Origin: Tricharina praecox
Taxonomy: Eukaryota
Direction of reading: 5' to 3'
Assembly (NCBI RefSeq): GCF_024521635.1
Contig: NW_026250405.1
Span: 620,001 to 684,000 of the forward strand
Length of the DNA stretch: 64,000 bases
Position 1 is the first letter of the stretch; each line of letters starts with the position of its first letter. Both the position numbers and the translations under genes were made by a program. This document shows, one piece after another, positions 16,061-29,161 of the stretch. Under the pieces are notes generated by a model. The model was given only the letters and a program-made list of their open reading frames with translations. It did no database searches and was not told where the DNA came from.

Positions 16061-16418
16061 GTCGCACTGCACTGGATTGGATTGGAGTGAAGGAATACGG
16101 TTGTTACACCAACTTGTCGCCTGTTGGCTTTGTACCACCAGCGCGGTAGAGTACCGTACCGTAGTGAGACTTCTTCTGCCACCAGTCGTAGAATTATATC
16201 GTCCGTCCGCAGAATTGCCATCCATCCATCTATCTATCCATTCATCCGGAACACCCCCCCATCCATCCATCGATCACTCAAAGCCCCCACGTAAACCGAA
16301 AAGAAAAAAAAAGCAAAAGTAGCGGAAATGGAAAAAGGAAAAAGGAAGAAGGAAAAAGGAAATAAACATACGCTCATCTATCATTACATACGATACACCG
16401 CCATTCATCCTCCCGCTC

Positions 16419-18765
16419 CTACAACCGTCCATCAAACCCCTCCTGCGTCCACTCCTTCCCGCCCGGCGCCGCAGCGGCCATGCCAACCGCACCCACGCCC
16501 AACCCCGCCGTAGCCGCGCCGGTGGTCTCGCCGATGCCGGCCCAATACAGCATACTAACGATGAGGACATGTAGCAGCAGGCAGTAGGCCGCGAAGAGGT
16601 TCCTGCTGACCCTATTTGCGAGGATGACCCTGGTAAAGCTATAAATGACACGTTCGGGCACCCTCATGCGGTGGTAAGCGCGGGCGCTCTCGCGGCCACG
16701 GAACGCCTCGAACGGCGAGATTCTAGCTTCATATGCCTGTCTGTAGCGGTCGATGCTTGCTCCGCTGCCGCCGTTCGGCGCGAAGCCGGAGGTGGCAGTC
16801 GCCGTGTTCGTGGGCGGTGCGCGGGCGTACGACGACACGTACCGCGTCTTCTCGTACAGCTGTAGATTGTCCTTTCGCAGGTTGGCGACTTCGTCGCGCA
16901 GATTGGCGATGTTGGTGTGCGCTTGTGCTAGCGCGTGCTCGAGTTCGACGTTTTTGGTCTTGAAGCGGTCGCGCTGCGCGGTGATCATGGGGAGGATCCC
17001 AGCGTTGGGCGTGGGTGTGCTGTCGTTGGCGGTGCGGAGGGAGTCGAATTGGGAGCCGATTATGGAGGAGGTGGGGGAGGGGCGGGAGCCCCGTGCGATC
17101 GAGGATTGCGGGTAGCGGGAGACGTAGGTTCCTGCTACCGAGAGGGCGGAGGAGGGTTGGTGGTGGCTGTCCTGCAGCTTGAGCAGGTCATTCTCTAGCT
17201 TTTGGTTGAGCGCGCGGGAGGTGGAGAAGTCCGCTGTGATGGCGTCGAGGGTTTGTTGAAGGGTTTGGAGGCGGCTAGTGAGGTCTTGGTGGGAGACGCG
17301 GAGGACGGTGAGCTCGTTACCTAGCTTCTTGTTTCGCGCTAAGAGGAGCTGTTCTAGTGTTTCCTTCTTGTTGTCGTGGGGGGAGGTTTCGGCGGGGGCC
17401 GAGAAATCGAGAACATCATCGTCTTCGTCACCGGTGGAGAACTCGATCGATTTCAGGATCTCGAGCTCGCGCTTGACGTCTTCATAGTCGGACCACTTGG
17501 ACACCTTTTCCCGAAGTATGTCCTTGTCCTTTTCTAAGCCGTCGATAGTGCGTTCCAGCGTGCGAACTTTGCGCTCCGCCTCCTTCTTCTGTGCCTCGAG
17601 GTCGGATTTGGCGTTGTTGACTTTGCGGAGGAGGTTGGCGCTTTCGTGTTGCAGACGCAGGATGGTAGAATCGTCCTCGGCGACTGCCTGGGCCGGCCCA
17701 GAGTTGCCCTGGCTGGATGCTTTTGCAAGTTCCAGTCGCAGCTGCTCGTTCCTTCCCTCTGCCTCGGCCAGGCGCAGTGTCGTGCGTTCGAGGTCCCGAT
17801 TCACAATCTCCAATTCGGCGGACCGCTCCTTGCCCAGCAAGCCGTCCTCAGTGCCTAGATTGGTTGGTCCCATCCTTTGCGCAACCTCGAAGCTGGCTTT
17901 GATCTCCTTAAGCACAGTTTCCTGGTGCTCGAGCTTTTCGGTCAAAGCCTTCTCCTTGCCCTCCCAGTTTCGTGTCTTCTCGTCCAACACGCCCTTCCAC
18001 ACCTTCTCCACCCTTTGCGACTCTTCCCCCTTCTCCTTCTCCTTCCGTTCTAGCTCCTTGTTCTTGGCAGCGAGAGATGCTTCCAGATTGGTGATCTGGT
18101 TCGAAAGGCGGTTTACGGTGGCTTTGAGGGAGGCATTATCTTTCGTCATGGCCTGCACATCCGAGAAGTTCACGAGCGAGTCGATCGTCGCTTCTAGAAG
18201 CGGGTATGGATCTGGCGCCTCCGCGAGGGTAGAATATAACGCCAGGAATGAGGTCTCGGTAGCTTTCTTCGACGTCGTTAGATGGTCGATGAAGATCTGG
18301 TACGCTGTGCAGCCTCGTCAGCCGGGTTGTCGCCAGTCCATACCACTCCTCTCTTCCAGTACCTACACTTCAGTAGTCCCTTCCATTCCTCCTTCTTCTG
18401 CTCGTCGTCAAGCTTCCGGTACTCCTTCGTCTTCTGCGCGAGCTCCTTGCGTTCCACTAAGCTCTCCCGTTGGCCGTTTACGATGTCGCCGGCGGTCGCG
18501 TCGAGTGACTTTTGTAGGTGCGTCAGATCAATACCTTTATCATGGCAGTCCGTCAGTCGTCGCTCCATAGAGAGCTAAATTGGCCATAGGTAGTCTCACT
18601 TCTCCAGGCGCTGATTGCAGCCTGGAATGCGCTCGTCTGGGATGACGCCCCGCCGGCAGCGGCTTCATCCGTAGAATTTCGCGCCTCGCCATTTGAAGTT
18701 GCTGCGACATTACTGGCGGGATTGGAATCGGTGGAGGTTCGAGGTCGCTGCTGCTCGGAAGCCAT
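16419..18765 (-). CDS. COY1: Golgi coiled-coil membrane tether, CASP/Coy1
   Basis: N-terminal AWRSIDLTHLQKSLD..LAQKTKEYRK; long coiled coil; CASP C-terminal motifs ILPMITAQRDRF, LRKDNLQLYEKTRY, YEARISPFEAFR; C-terminal TM with YCLLLH. Introns 18599-18535 and 18366-18305. Confidence 0.93.
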
Positions 18766-19120
18766 TATGAAGGCCGGGGGAGTTATGCTGGTCGAAGTTC
18801 CAGTGTAGTTGGGAATGTTGGAAAGGAATAGGTACGGTTTTATTGCACTGTCGAAGTATGATGTAGGTATTCGGACTGTAGGAAATTTATTGCGAGAGAG
18901 TGGTTGGTCTGTGAGCGTGGAGCGAGAGAGATGGAGATACCTTGCGCATCTATAGAAGAGGCCAAACAACGCCGACGACGCAGGGAAGCTCTGGCTCGTG
19001 AACAGCTGTCACACAAGGATTTACCCGGCACATCATCACCTCAAGCGAAAGAGCTCTCCACATCTCAAAGTCCCGCCAACCTGGCACATCTCCACGAGCG
19101 CTACTTCTACGATACATATA

Positions 19121-22100
19121 ATGGCGGAGCCTACCTCAACTGCAGTTGGGCCCTACATCCTGCAGGACCTGGTGGATGATCTGCCGTTGGATACTCTGGC
19201 GCATCAGAATGTTACCATAACCTGCCTTGAATCTTGGGGTGAGTTCGCCCGTGTACATGAAGCTCCGATCACAGTGGGGTGTTAACACGGTTGATGTGGA
19301 CTCGTAGGAAACAACCTATACGTGGGAACCTCCGCGCATGAAATCCTCCATCTTGTTTCCATTCCGGCGACCCCAAATCCCGCATCTCCGAAGCCTGTAT
19401 ATATCCAAGCTTCTCGATTGGAACCTCAATCATCCCCTACAACCTCCGGCCAGCCGTTCATAAAACAGATATTTGTTCTACCCACAGTGTCAAAAGCCCT
19501 AGTGCTATCATCCACCGGACTTCTCACATTCTACACGCTTCCAGAGTTCTCACCAGCATTCAAGGGCACCAAACTGAAAGAAGTCTCCTATGTCGGTGGT
19601 CTCAACCTCAACGAAGAGGAGGCGGACCAGCGCCCTGGTGCCGAATCGAGTGAAGGAAGACCAAAATTGGTTATGGCCCTCGCTAAAAGCAGGATACGAA
19701 TGATCCGGATCGGCGAGGAGCTTCGACTCGTCAAGGTTACATGGGCGCACCTGCGGCATCGTCAACACGGGCTAATAATTGAGAAGGACATACCACTATC
19801 GAATACCCTTTCGGCGGTACGGCGCGATAGTATCGCTTGCGTGGCAACGAACCAGAATTACAATATGCTCGATATCGATAATATCCAGCGGATACCGCTG
19901 TTCCCAATATCTACGGCTTCGGATCCAGATCTTCCAGCTCCTCCGGTAGAACCTCCGGCAGAACCACCGACAGAACCACCGGCGGAAGAAGCATCTGAGG
20001 ACTCCAGCTCACAGCTCCATCCACCGCGCGCGTCCTCCCTTGCCGTCCGGGAAAGAAGAAACAGTTCTGCCACGGTCACTCGGGAGGGGTCTACGGCTGT
20101 CACCCATAACAGATCCGTGAGCGCGGGCAACATACCCCCTGGGGGTAGTGAGCGAGGCTCTCGCAGACCAACCTCCCGGCTAGGGCAAAGCCACCTTACT
20201 CCCGACTCCGGAACCCCACGGACATCGTCCCCAGCCCCGCCGACGGGTAGGCGGCGCTCACAATCCAGAGGGTCTCGGGTGTCTTCGCCTGCTCCTCCGC
20301 CACCTCCGCCAAAGAGCCCTGAACCAAGGGGCGCGTTAAAACCACACATTGCATCGCCGTCACCGGGCGAATTCCTGCTGACTACTGGTACAACCCCGGA
20401 GGATCCGGGTGTGGGGATATTTGTGAATATGGAGGGTGATGGAACGAGAGGCACAATACAATTTGAGCGATACCCTGACCAGCTAATCGTACAAGGTGGC
20501 TGGGTCATTGCTGTGATACATGGCAAGGGTTTAGATATGCAGCGGTGGGATCTAGAGGATGAAAGCTCCCTCGATGAGGCGGACAAAAAGGGGACTATAC
20601 CGCTAGAAGGCGAGGTGCAGCTGCAGGAAGTGCTTGGGTTGGATGGCACAATAGTAGCCGATGCTGGGAGGACACTTCGACTCGTTCGTGTACCGCTTAA
20701 ACCCGTGGATGGCGCACCCAGCGAATCTCCGGCCGACCAAAAGCGAAATGAGGAGGAAAGAGTGATAGCGCAACGTATCTCCACGGTACAAAGCAGGGTC
20801 GTTGTCTTTGCTGGACCAAAAGTGTGGACATTACTCCCATGCCCGTTATCAGTACGGCTCAATTCGCGCCTTCCAAACTTTTCCGATGAGAATTTCGATG
20901 GCATCCTTGCTAGAGTGCGACGAGTGCTTCATGTACTTCATGAAGTGCAATCGATGGAGCCGGACTCCGAGACAAGTTTCCATGAGGTGTCGTTTGTTAG
21001 GCAGAAGTGTGGGCTACTGGTACTTGGGGAACTCTTAAAGATCACGCAAAAGCAAACCGCCGATATCACAGCCGATGAAATTCTAAAAGTGGAGGTGGCA
21101 CTAATAGAGAGTGCGCTCGATCCTAGGTTTATTGTCGCTCTTTTTGGTAACGCCTTTGAGGAGGATATAGTGGAAGGGGACGGCGGAGTATGGGTTTATG
21201 GTGGAGTGAAGGAGGTGTTCATGAACCTGAAGGAGTCGAAGGAAGTGGGTAGCGCTTTCACTAGAGACGTGTTGCTGCTACTGAAGCGGTACCCTCGCTC
21301 AGTGGAGGAGCAAGAAAGGGTTTGGCAGTGTGGCTGATGAGAAGGAGGTCTTCTCAACGGTTGATGCGGCGATGCTGAGGGTGCTGCTGATGCTGGACTC
21401 AGAAAAGTACTTGGTCGATAGGGGACAGACTGTAGTCCCTGAAGGCAATGTTCGGGCGGAGCTATACGCTTTCATCGATGCCGGTGTTGACGATATCGCT
21501 GGTACGGCCTCTATCCTCGAGACCTTCGGGCGACTCTATGTTCTCAGCATTCTTTACTCCAAGGCGAAGATGTTCAGAGGTGTACTCGACACTTGGAGAC
21601 GGATACTCGACGGAGAAGACACCTCCGGCGAGTTTGAGAATGGAGAAGTCAGGGTCAAAAATTATCTGCTCAAGATGAGGGACCCAGAGCTCGTAGAAGA
21701 ATTTGGATGCTGGCTTGCGACACGTAATGCCGTGCTGGGAATCCAGGTCTTCGCTGCCGAGGAAGCGAGAGTCAAATTTGAAACCGCAAAGGTGCTTGAG
21801 ATGCTACGTGCACGGGCTCCTGAAGCGGTTCGACCGTATGTTGAATATCTTGTTCTCGAGAAAAAGGTAGAGATTTCACAGCACCTACCGCATACAAGAT
21901 TCTAACTCAATTCTGCACCTCAGAATACAGCTCACGCCAACGAGCTCATCTTCCTATACCTCGACGATCTTACTCATACGCTCTCAGTCGACCCTTCGGC
22001 GGTAACAGCCCTCCAAACGTCATATGAATCTTACCGGGCTCTTCACACACCTAAACCCACCTATCACGAATTCATCGTCGATAATTCACCAGCAGCCGGC

Positions 22101-22691
22101 TCCGAACCGTGGTGGCACAACCGCATGCGACTACTTGAGCTCCTCGGTGGTGCTAGTGGCTATGATATCGCCCAAGTCTCCGAGTCTATCAAGCAGTACC
22201 GTGAAATCCTCGTACCAGAAATGGTGATCCTCTACGGCCGCGAATCCAAACACACGGACGCACTAAAGCTCCTCACCCACGACCTTCGAGACTTTGACAC
22301 CGCGATCAACTACTGCCTCTTTGGCGGTCTGAGCATATTCCAGACCCGAAATGTCATCACCGACCGTGCAGAGCAAAGCGAGCTCTTCGCCGTCCTGCTC
22401 GACGAGTATTTGAAACTCAAGAACATGAACGAAAGGATCGAGCAAACCAGCCAGCTACTCGAGAAATTCGGGCGCTGGTTGGATGTTACTCATGTCCTGA
22501 GTGTTATTCCCGACGATTGGAGTATTGATATTGTGGGTGGGTTCTTGATTACGGCGCTCAGACAGCTAGTCAGAGAGAAGGCTGAGGCGAAGATCGAGAG
22601 AGCCATAGGGAGGAGCAAGAATCTTCGGGTTGAGGCCGAGTTTGTTAGACAGTGTGATGAGATCGGGCCCGTTGTTGATTTGGGGAATTAG
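19121..22691 (+). CDS. Vps3/Vam6/TGFBRAP1-family tethering protein (CNH domain + helical repeats) with an apparent 1-nt frameshift near 21293
   Basis: ITCLESWGNNLYVGTS, EFLLTTGT..PGVGIFVN, KKGFGSVADE, LVPEMVILYGR..H..AL.LL.HDLRDFDTA, VLSVIPDDWSI. Introns 19239-19307, 19736-19786, 21867-21923. The frame shifts at TAC-C-CTC-GCT. Confidence 0.85.
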
Positions 22692-23267
22692 GTGATGTGT
22701 GCATATTATTTTCTGGGCGTTTGGGAGTTGGAGAACGTTTCTTTCATGTCTAGATGGAGGGAATATAGGATGCTTTTGGGCAGAGAGGACTATCACTGAT
22801 TGCCATTCTGATGGCCACAGAGGACACAAGAAACAGCTTTGGACTGACGAGAGAGAGAACATCAATTCGTTTCGCATACAGCCGTACTATGTAGACGATG
22901 GCGAACCAAACTAACTAGCATTTCCCGTCTGCTCTGCAAAGGATCGAGGTGGAAACTCCGCTAGCACACAGTCCGTTCCGCGCCACTGCATACCAAAGCC
23001 GGTTGCTTTGGGCTAACGGAATTAAGGCAAGGAGACGTGCTTTGAATCTCTCGAGTGAGACTTCATGCTTTCCGTGCGCGGCTCTGCCCAACAACACCCA
23101 CACACTAGGGTTTGTGACTTGTCTAACCCGCACCCACACAAACTACGGCGGAAGCCCCCCGTCATCCAAGTCTAGCGATTTCCCGCCGGCCTTCACGAAT
23201 TAACGACCGATCGAAAACAAACGCCGACAACCTACCCCCATTTCTCGACAATCCGAATACCGTCGCG

Positions 23268-23661
23268 ATGGCCAAATCCAAGAACTCGTCCCAGCACAAC
23301 CAGTCCAAGAAGGGTACGCTCGACCGATTGCGGAGGATAGAGGGGCGCAGGGAGATCGCGGGCTGATGTGTACGACCGAAATACAGCCCATAGGAACGGT
23401 ATCAAGAAGCCTAAGACTTTCCGTTATCCGAGCTTGAAGGGAACCGACCCCAAGTTCCGCCGCAACCACAGGTGTGTTTTTATCGCATCCGGGACTGCAG
23501 TGAGGAGTTGGCTGATGAGGTGAAACTAGACATGCTCTCCACGGCACCATGAAGGCCATCGTACGTTTCCACCGCGACCGACACCACAGCCTCGATTCCG
23601 GAATAGCAGCTGACAATTTCTACAGAAGGAGTTCAAGGACGGCAAGCGGGAGACCGCTTAG
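23268..23661 (+). CDS. RPL29: 60S ribosomal protein L29 (eL29)
   Basis: Absent from the ORF track. Four exons give [65 protein letters not shown], with three canonical introns. Confidence 0.97.
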
Positions 23662-24431
23662 ATATTCCATATCTAATGTGAGCGGTGGAAAAGGGAAGAG
23701 GTGTTTCAGCGTCGTCGTTTTCCGATTCATACACGGGGGTTTCTTGCAAATTTCGGTCAATCTGGGGGTTTACTGGGCGCGCACGACATGAGAATCATCT
23801 TCTTTTCTCAATCCCGGTGACATTAGCGACGCGCTGTGAATGGACGTGCTTTGCATACGATGTCGATTGCGACGAATATTCATCATCACGACCACCAGTT
23901 TCTGCCGATTACCGCCCTGCCTTCGCCAGCTGGCTGCCGACTTGTATGGAAGCTGTGTTTGGAGGATGACAAGCTGTCTGAGATGCCCAGTGACCCAAAA
24001 AAGAATGGGCGAGGAATGAAGGTGGAAGGCGGAAAGAGTGACTCTCCAATCAGTCAGGCATTTGTGTGTACAGCACCGAAGGAACCCTACCTACGCGTGC
24101 TGAAGGAATTTATTCTATCGTGCCAAGAGTAATACACTCGTACCCTACGAACACCACCTCCTGATAGTTGGGGGATGGCGTACCTAAGGTCCGATACATA
24201 TATTTTTGAGTTCAAGCTTTTCGATTCCTTTCCAAGAGCTACCTCGGTTTTCGCTTGATGTTGTAAACAGATGGTCTCGATCAGCGAGATACCTCCACTT
24301 CTATAGACTAAATTGAATACACCGAATTTAACCAGTGTATCGAACTGTCGTTTTGATGTCCATCTCAATGTGATGCTCGAGTGGGTCTGGCCGAAATTAT
24401 TGCGTCCCAAATATAGTACAAACCCAGCCGT

Positions 24432-24470
24432 TGACTCTTTATCCTCATATCTCTAACACCTTCTGAGTCA
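24432..24470. promoter_or_regulatory. Gcn4/Cpc1 response elements upstream of ValRS
   Basis: TGACTC at 24432-24437 and a perfect TGAGTCA at 24464-24470, about 100-140 bp upstream of the ATG. Aminoacyl-tRNA synthetases are established cross-pathway-control targets. Confidence 0.6.
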
Positions 24471-24571
24471 AGCGCAGCGATCCCCATCTCTGCCCCGCGT
24501 TAAGACGTGCCCCTCCACCCCACTTCAACACCCGCTAAGTTCACCACTCAAAAACCCGCAAGTCATCAACC

Positions 24572-27500
24572 ATGGCGATGAATCCGACCGCGAGTCGTGA
24601 GCGCTCCATTCTTGACTGTCATCTTGACTCTTTCTAATTTCCTGTCCAGAGGCTACACCTGCAGAGCTCCTTCCTCCCGCTGGCGATGCTCCCGAGAAAC
24701 CCAAGTCCGAGAAAGAATGTTAGTGGGGGCACGAAAACCCTCACAACCAAGGGCACATTGACTGACTATACCCCGACACAGTGGCGAAGGAGCGCGCAAA
24801 GGCCGACAAGCTAGCAAAGTTCAACGCAAAGAAGGCGAAACTCGCGGCCGACAAGGCGGCGGCTACGGCAACGACCAATCCCGCCAAGGAGAAGAAGAAG
24901 GAGAAGAAGGCGGCGGCTGCTGAGCCCGTACCCGAATACGTTGAGGAAACGCCGAAGGGTGAAAAGAAGAGTGAGTTCTAGCTTTTCAGGGGAGGGGAGA
25001 GGGGTGGGTCATTGACGATTTTTTTGCGCACAGTCCTCAAGTCCCTCGATGACCCTGCATACAAATCCTACAACCCAGCCGTCGTCGAGTCGGCCTGGTA
25101 CGACTGGTGGGAGAAGGAGGGCTTCTTTGAGCCCGAATTGACGGCGGATGGAAAGATCAAGCCCGAGGGTGTCTTTGTCATTCCCGCACCCCCACCAAAC
25201 GTTACCGGTGCGCTGCACATCGGTCACGCCCTTACAATCGCGATCCAGGATACCTTGATTCGATGGAACCGCATGTTGGGAAAGACAACGCTGTTCGTGC
25301 CCGGTTTCGACCATGCCGGTATCAGTACCCAAAGTGTTGTCGAGAAGACTCTTTGGCGGCAGGAGAAGAAGACCAGACATGATCTTGGTCGTGAGAAGTT
25401 TACCAACTTGGTGTGGGAGTGGAAGGAGGAGTACCACACTCGCATCAAGAACCAGCTCAAGAAGATGGGAGCATCGTACGACTGGAACAGGGAGGCGTTT
25501 ACTATGGACGAGAACCTCTCGAAAGCTGTCGTCGAGTGTTTCGTCCGTCTGCACGAAGACGGCGTCATCTACCGTGCCAACAGGCTTGTCAACTGGTGTT
25601 GCGCGCTCACGACCACCTTATCTAACCTTGAGGTCGAGAACGAGGAGCTTACCGGAAGAACCCTCCTCTCCGTCCCCGGCTACGAGGAGAAGGTCGAGTT
25701 CGGTATCATTGTTTCGTTCGCCTACGAGCTTGAGGATGGTTCGGAGAAGGTCATTGTTGCCACCACTCGTCCCGAGACGATGTTGGGAGATACTGCCATT
25801 GCTGTCCATCCCGAAGATGAGAGATACAAGCACCTCATCGGCAAGAAGGCCAAGCACCCCTTCGTTGACCGGTTACTCCCCATTGTAGGAGACGACTACG
25901 TCGACAAGGAGTTTGGAACTGGTTGTGTCAAGATCACCCCCGCCCATGACGCCAACGATTACGCGATCGGAGAGCGCCACAAGCTGGAGTTCATCAACAT
26001 CCTGAACGATGACGGTACCTTGAACGAGACCTGTGGGGAGAAGTTCAACGGAATGCCCAGGTTCACTGCGCGTAAGGTTGTCATTGAGGAGCTGACCAAG
26101 CTCGGATTGTACGTCGAGACCAAGGACAACCCCATGCAGGTGCCCCGCTGCGCTAAGTCGAAGGATGTCATCGAGCCCGTCATGAAGCCCCAGTGGTGGG
26201 TTAGCCAGAAGGCCATGGCCGATGCTGCTATGGAGGCTGTCAGGGATGGACAGGTCAAGATCAGGCCCGAAGTGCCCGAGAAGGAGTTCTTCATCTGGCT
26301 TGAGAAGATCCAGGATTGGTGTATCTCGCGTCAGCTCTGGTGGGGTCACCAGGCCCCGGCTTACTACATCTACCTGGACGACGAGGAGGTCAATGGATGC
26401 GGTGCACTTCCTGAGCGATGGGTAGTCGGCCGTACTCTCGAGGACGCCGAAAGGCAAGCGAAGGAGAAGTTCCCGGGCAAGAAGATCCACCTTGAGCGTG
26501 ATCCCGATGTCTTGGACACCTGGTTCTCCAGTGGTCTGTGGCCGTTCTCGATCCTTGGCTGGCCCAACGAGACACCGGACATGGAGAAGTTCTATCCCAA
26601 CTCGGTTCTCGAGACTGGTTGGGATATCCTCTTCTTCTGGGTAGCTCGCATGATCATGCTGGGAATCAAGATGACTGGTAAGATCCCGTTCACAGAGGTG
26701 TACTGCCACCCCATCGTCCGCGACTCCGAAGGCCGTAAGATGTCCAAGTCCCTCGGTAACGTCGTCGACCCGCTCGACCTCATCTCCGGAATTCCGCTCA
26801 AAGAGCTTCACGACAAGCTCCTGACCGGTAACCTCGACCCGAAGGAAGTCGAGCGCGCAATGCAATACCAGAAGACCGCCTTCCCAGACGGTATCCCGCA
26901 GTGCGGAAGTGACGCTATGCACTTCGCTTTCTGTGCTTACACCACCGGTGGAAGGGATATCAACATGGACATCAAGGTCGTTGAAGGATACAGGAAGTTC
27001 TGTAACAAGATGTACCAGGCCACCAAATTCGCGCTCATGCGTCTCGGCGACGATTACCAGCCCAGGCCAGACTCGAAGTTGACTGGCAAGGAGAGTCTCG
27101 TCGAGCTCTGGATCCTCCACAAGTTCAATGCGGCCGCGCAGAAGGTCAACAAGCTCCTCGAGGAGAGAAACTTCTCGGATGCTACCAAGGCCGTCCACAA
27201 GTACTGGCTCAAAGAGCTGTGCGATGTCTACATCGTACGGACCCTTCTTATAATTTAATAGCCATATACTAAGCCTGCGTAGGAGAACTCTAAGCCACTG
27301 ATCCTCGAGGGAACCCCCGAGCAGAAGCGGTCCGCGCAAGACACCCTCTACACCTGTCTCGAGGGCGCACTTCTCCTGATCCACCCGTTCATGCCGTACG
27401 TGACCGAAGAGCTGTGGCAGCGTCTCCCTCGGCGCGCCGGCGATAAGACGCGCACCGTCTGCAAGGCCGCCTATCCCGTGTTCCGCGAGGATCTGGACAA

Positions 27501-27975
27501 CGAAAAGGTCGAGAAGGATTACGACATGATCTTTGAGATCACCAGAGAGATCCGGTCAATGACTGCGCAGTGTGAGATTCCGAATGATAAGGCCGAGCTT
27601 TACATTCAAGCCTCGGATGACGAAACTTTCGCCACTATTGAATCGCAGATTCCTAGCATTAAGGCGCTGGTCAAGGGCCTTGACTCCGTCACCGCCGTCT
27701 CCTCTGCCTCCGGCAGCATCCCCCACGGCTGCTACGCACAGACCATCTCGACAAAGTGCTCCGTGCACCTCGCTGTCACGGGACGTACCGATGTTGACGC
27801 GTTGATTGCAAAGAAAAAGAAGGATCTAGTGGCCGTCGACGGAGCGAAGAAGAAGCTCGAGAAGGCGCTCAAGGCGAAGAAGACTGAGGAGGTCGAGGAG
27901 AAGCTCAACGATGCGACACACAAGATGAAGACGCTGGAGGAGCTTATTGCTATGTTTGAGACGCTCAAGGCGTAG
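24572..27975 (+). CDS. VAS1: Valyl-tRNA synthetase
   Basis: [45 protein letters not shown]. Introns 24597-24649, 24719-24781, 24971-25033, 27235-27282. Confidence 0.97.
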
Positions 27976-28412
27976 TAGACATGCGTTTAGATGGAGAGAC
28001 GGGGTAAAAAAATGGCGATTTGGGGGTTTCTTTCGTGGGGTTTTTTTTACATGTCTGGTCGAGGTCAAATCAATGAAATGTGTCCCATCATCAGTGCTAA
28101 ACGTGACGTGGACAATATGAAGCACTCGCTCTGGTTATTCCACCTAGTGTAGCCCCAATCGTGAAATTCTCGGTATCGAACCTGCTGCGACTGTGAGGCC
28201 CACTGACCGATATGCTGAAGACATTGGTGATCACTCGAGCAGTAGTAGTGGGAGAACAATGGTGAGTTACGTATCCATCCATTCATAACACAAAGTACAA
28301 GCAAATCATGTTTTATTAACCCAAGCGCCTGTACAAATTCCGAAAACCGACCAAGTCGCTATCAAAGCGCACATGCAAGTAAGTACCCACGCCCCGTCCC
28401 CATATTGACCAT

Positions 28413-29161
28413 CTAAACAAGCACCACAGCCACCCCCAACGCCGCGGCCAAAACCCACGCGCCCACCTGGGCCCTACCCGCCGCACCGGTCGCACTCGGC
28501 TGCGCGGCGGATCCGCTTCCGCTCGCGGAGGGATCCTTACCCTCGCTGGTGCTCGAGGAGCCATTGACGCCGCCGAAGGGGCCCGTGGACGGCGAGAGGT
28601 TGGCCGAGGCCGCCTTTGCGGCAGCGACGTACGTGGTGAGCTTCTTGTCCGCGGGCGCGTTGATCACGCCGACCATGCCGCCCTGGCAGTGCTGGCCCTG
28701 CGAACAGTAGTACCATATCGGCTTCGTGTCGTTGATCTGGATCGTGTATGTCGGGAACTGGGTCCGCCGTTAGCTTCGTGCTCGCCCCAGGGCCGCCAGA
28801 GGGGCAAAAAGAAACTTACGTCGGTCGTTCCCGCCGCTACCGAGTGGAAGCCCGTGAAGATCCCCTTGCCGCTGGCGAGTGGAGCGCACGGCGAGTCGAA
28901 TGAGCTCTGCACTACTGAGTGGTTGCGCGGCCAGAAGCGGAACTCGACCCATGAGCCGACAGGCGCTGTCAGCTCCGACGGTGAGAATGTTAAGGCGCCC
29001 TGCGCGTTAGATACTCGGACTATTGTTACGGCGCCGGAAGTGGCGCTGGCGGGCGCGGTGGAGGTGGCCGAGGCAGCGGCGGAGGGGTATTGCGCGCTGG
29101 CTAGGCTGCTGAGCGAGAGCAGGGCGCTCAGGAGTGCGAGGGTGGTCGTGGGGAAATGCAT
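28413..29161 (-). CDS. Secreted, probably GPI-anchored cupredoxin-like serine-rich protein
   Basis: Signal peptide; VEFRFWPRNHSVVQSSFDSPC; intron 28819-28758; PIWYYCSQGQHCQGGMVGVIN (H, C, H, M type-1 copper ligands); S/G/A linker; hydrophobic C-terminus. Confidence 0.9.

Noticed and set aside
24536..24572. Upstream in-frame mitochondrial extension of ValRS
   Set aside because: An in-frame TAA at 24536-24538 closes the frame 11 codons upstream of the ATG.
25873..27384. Long antisense ORFs (503 aa over VAS1; also 3596-4579 and 17497-18570)
   Set aside because: Shadow frames explained by codon bias of the real genes on the opposite strand.
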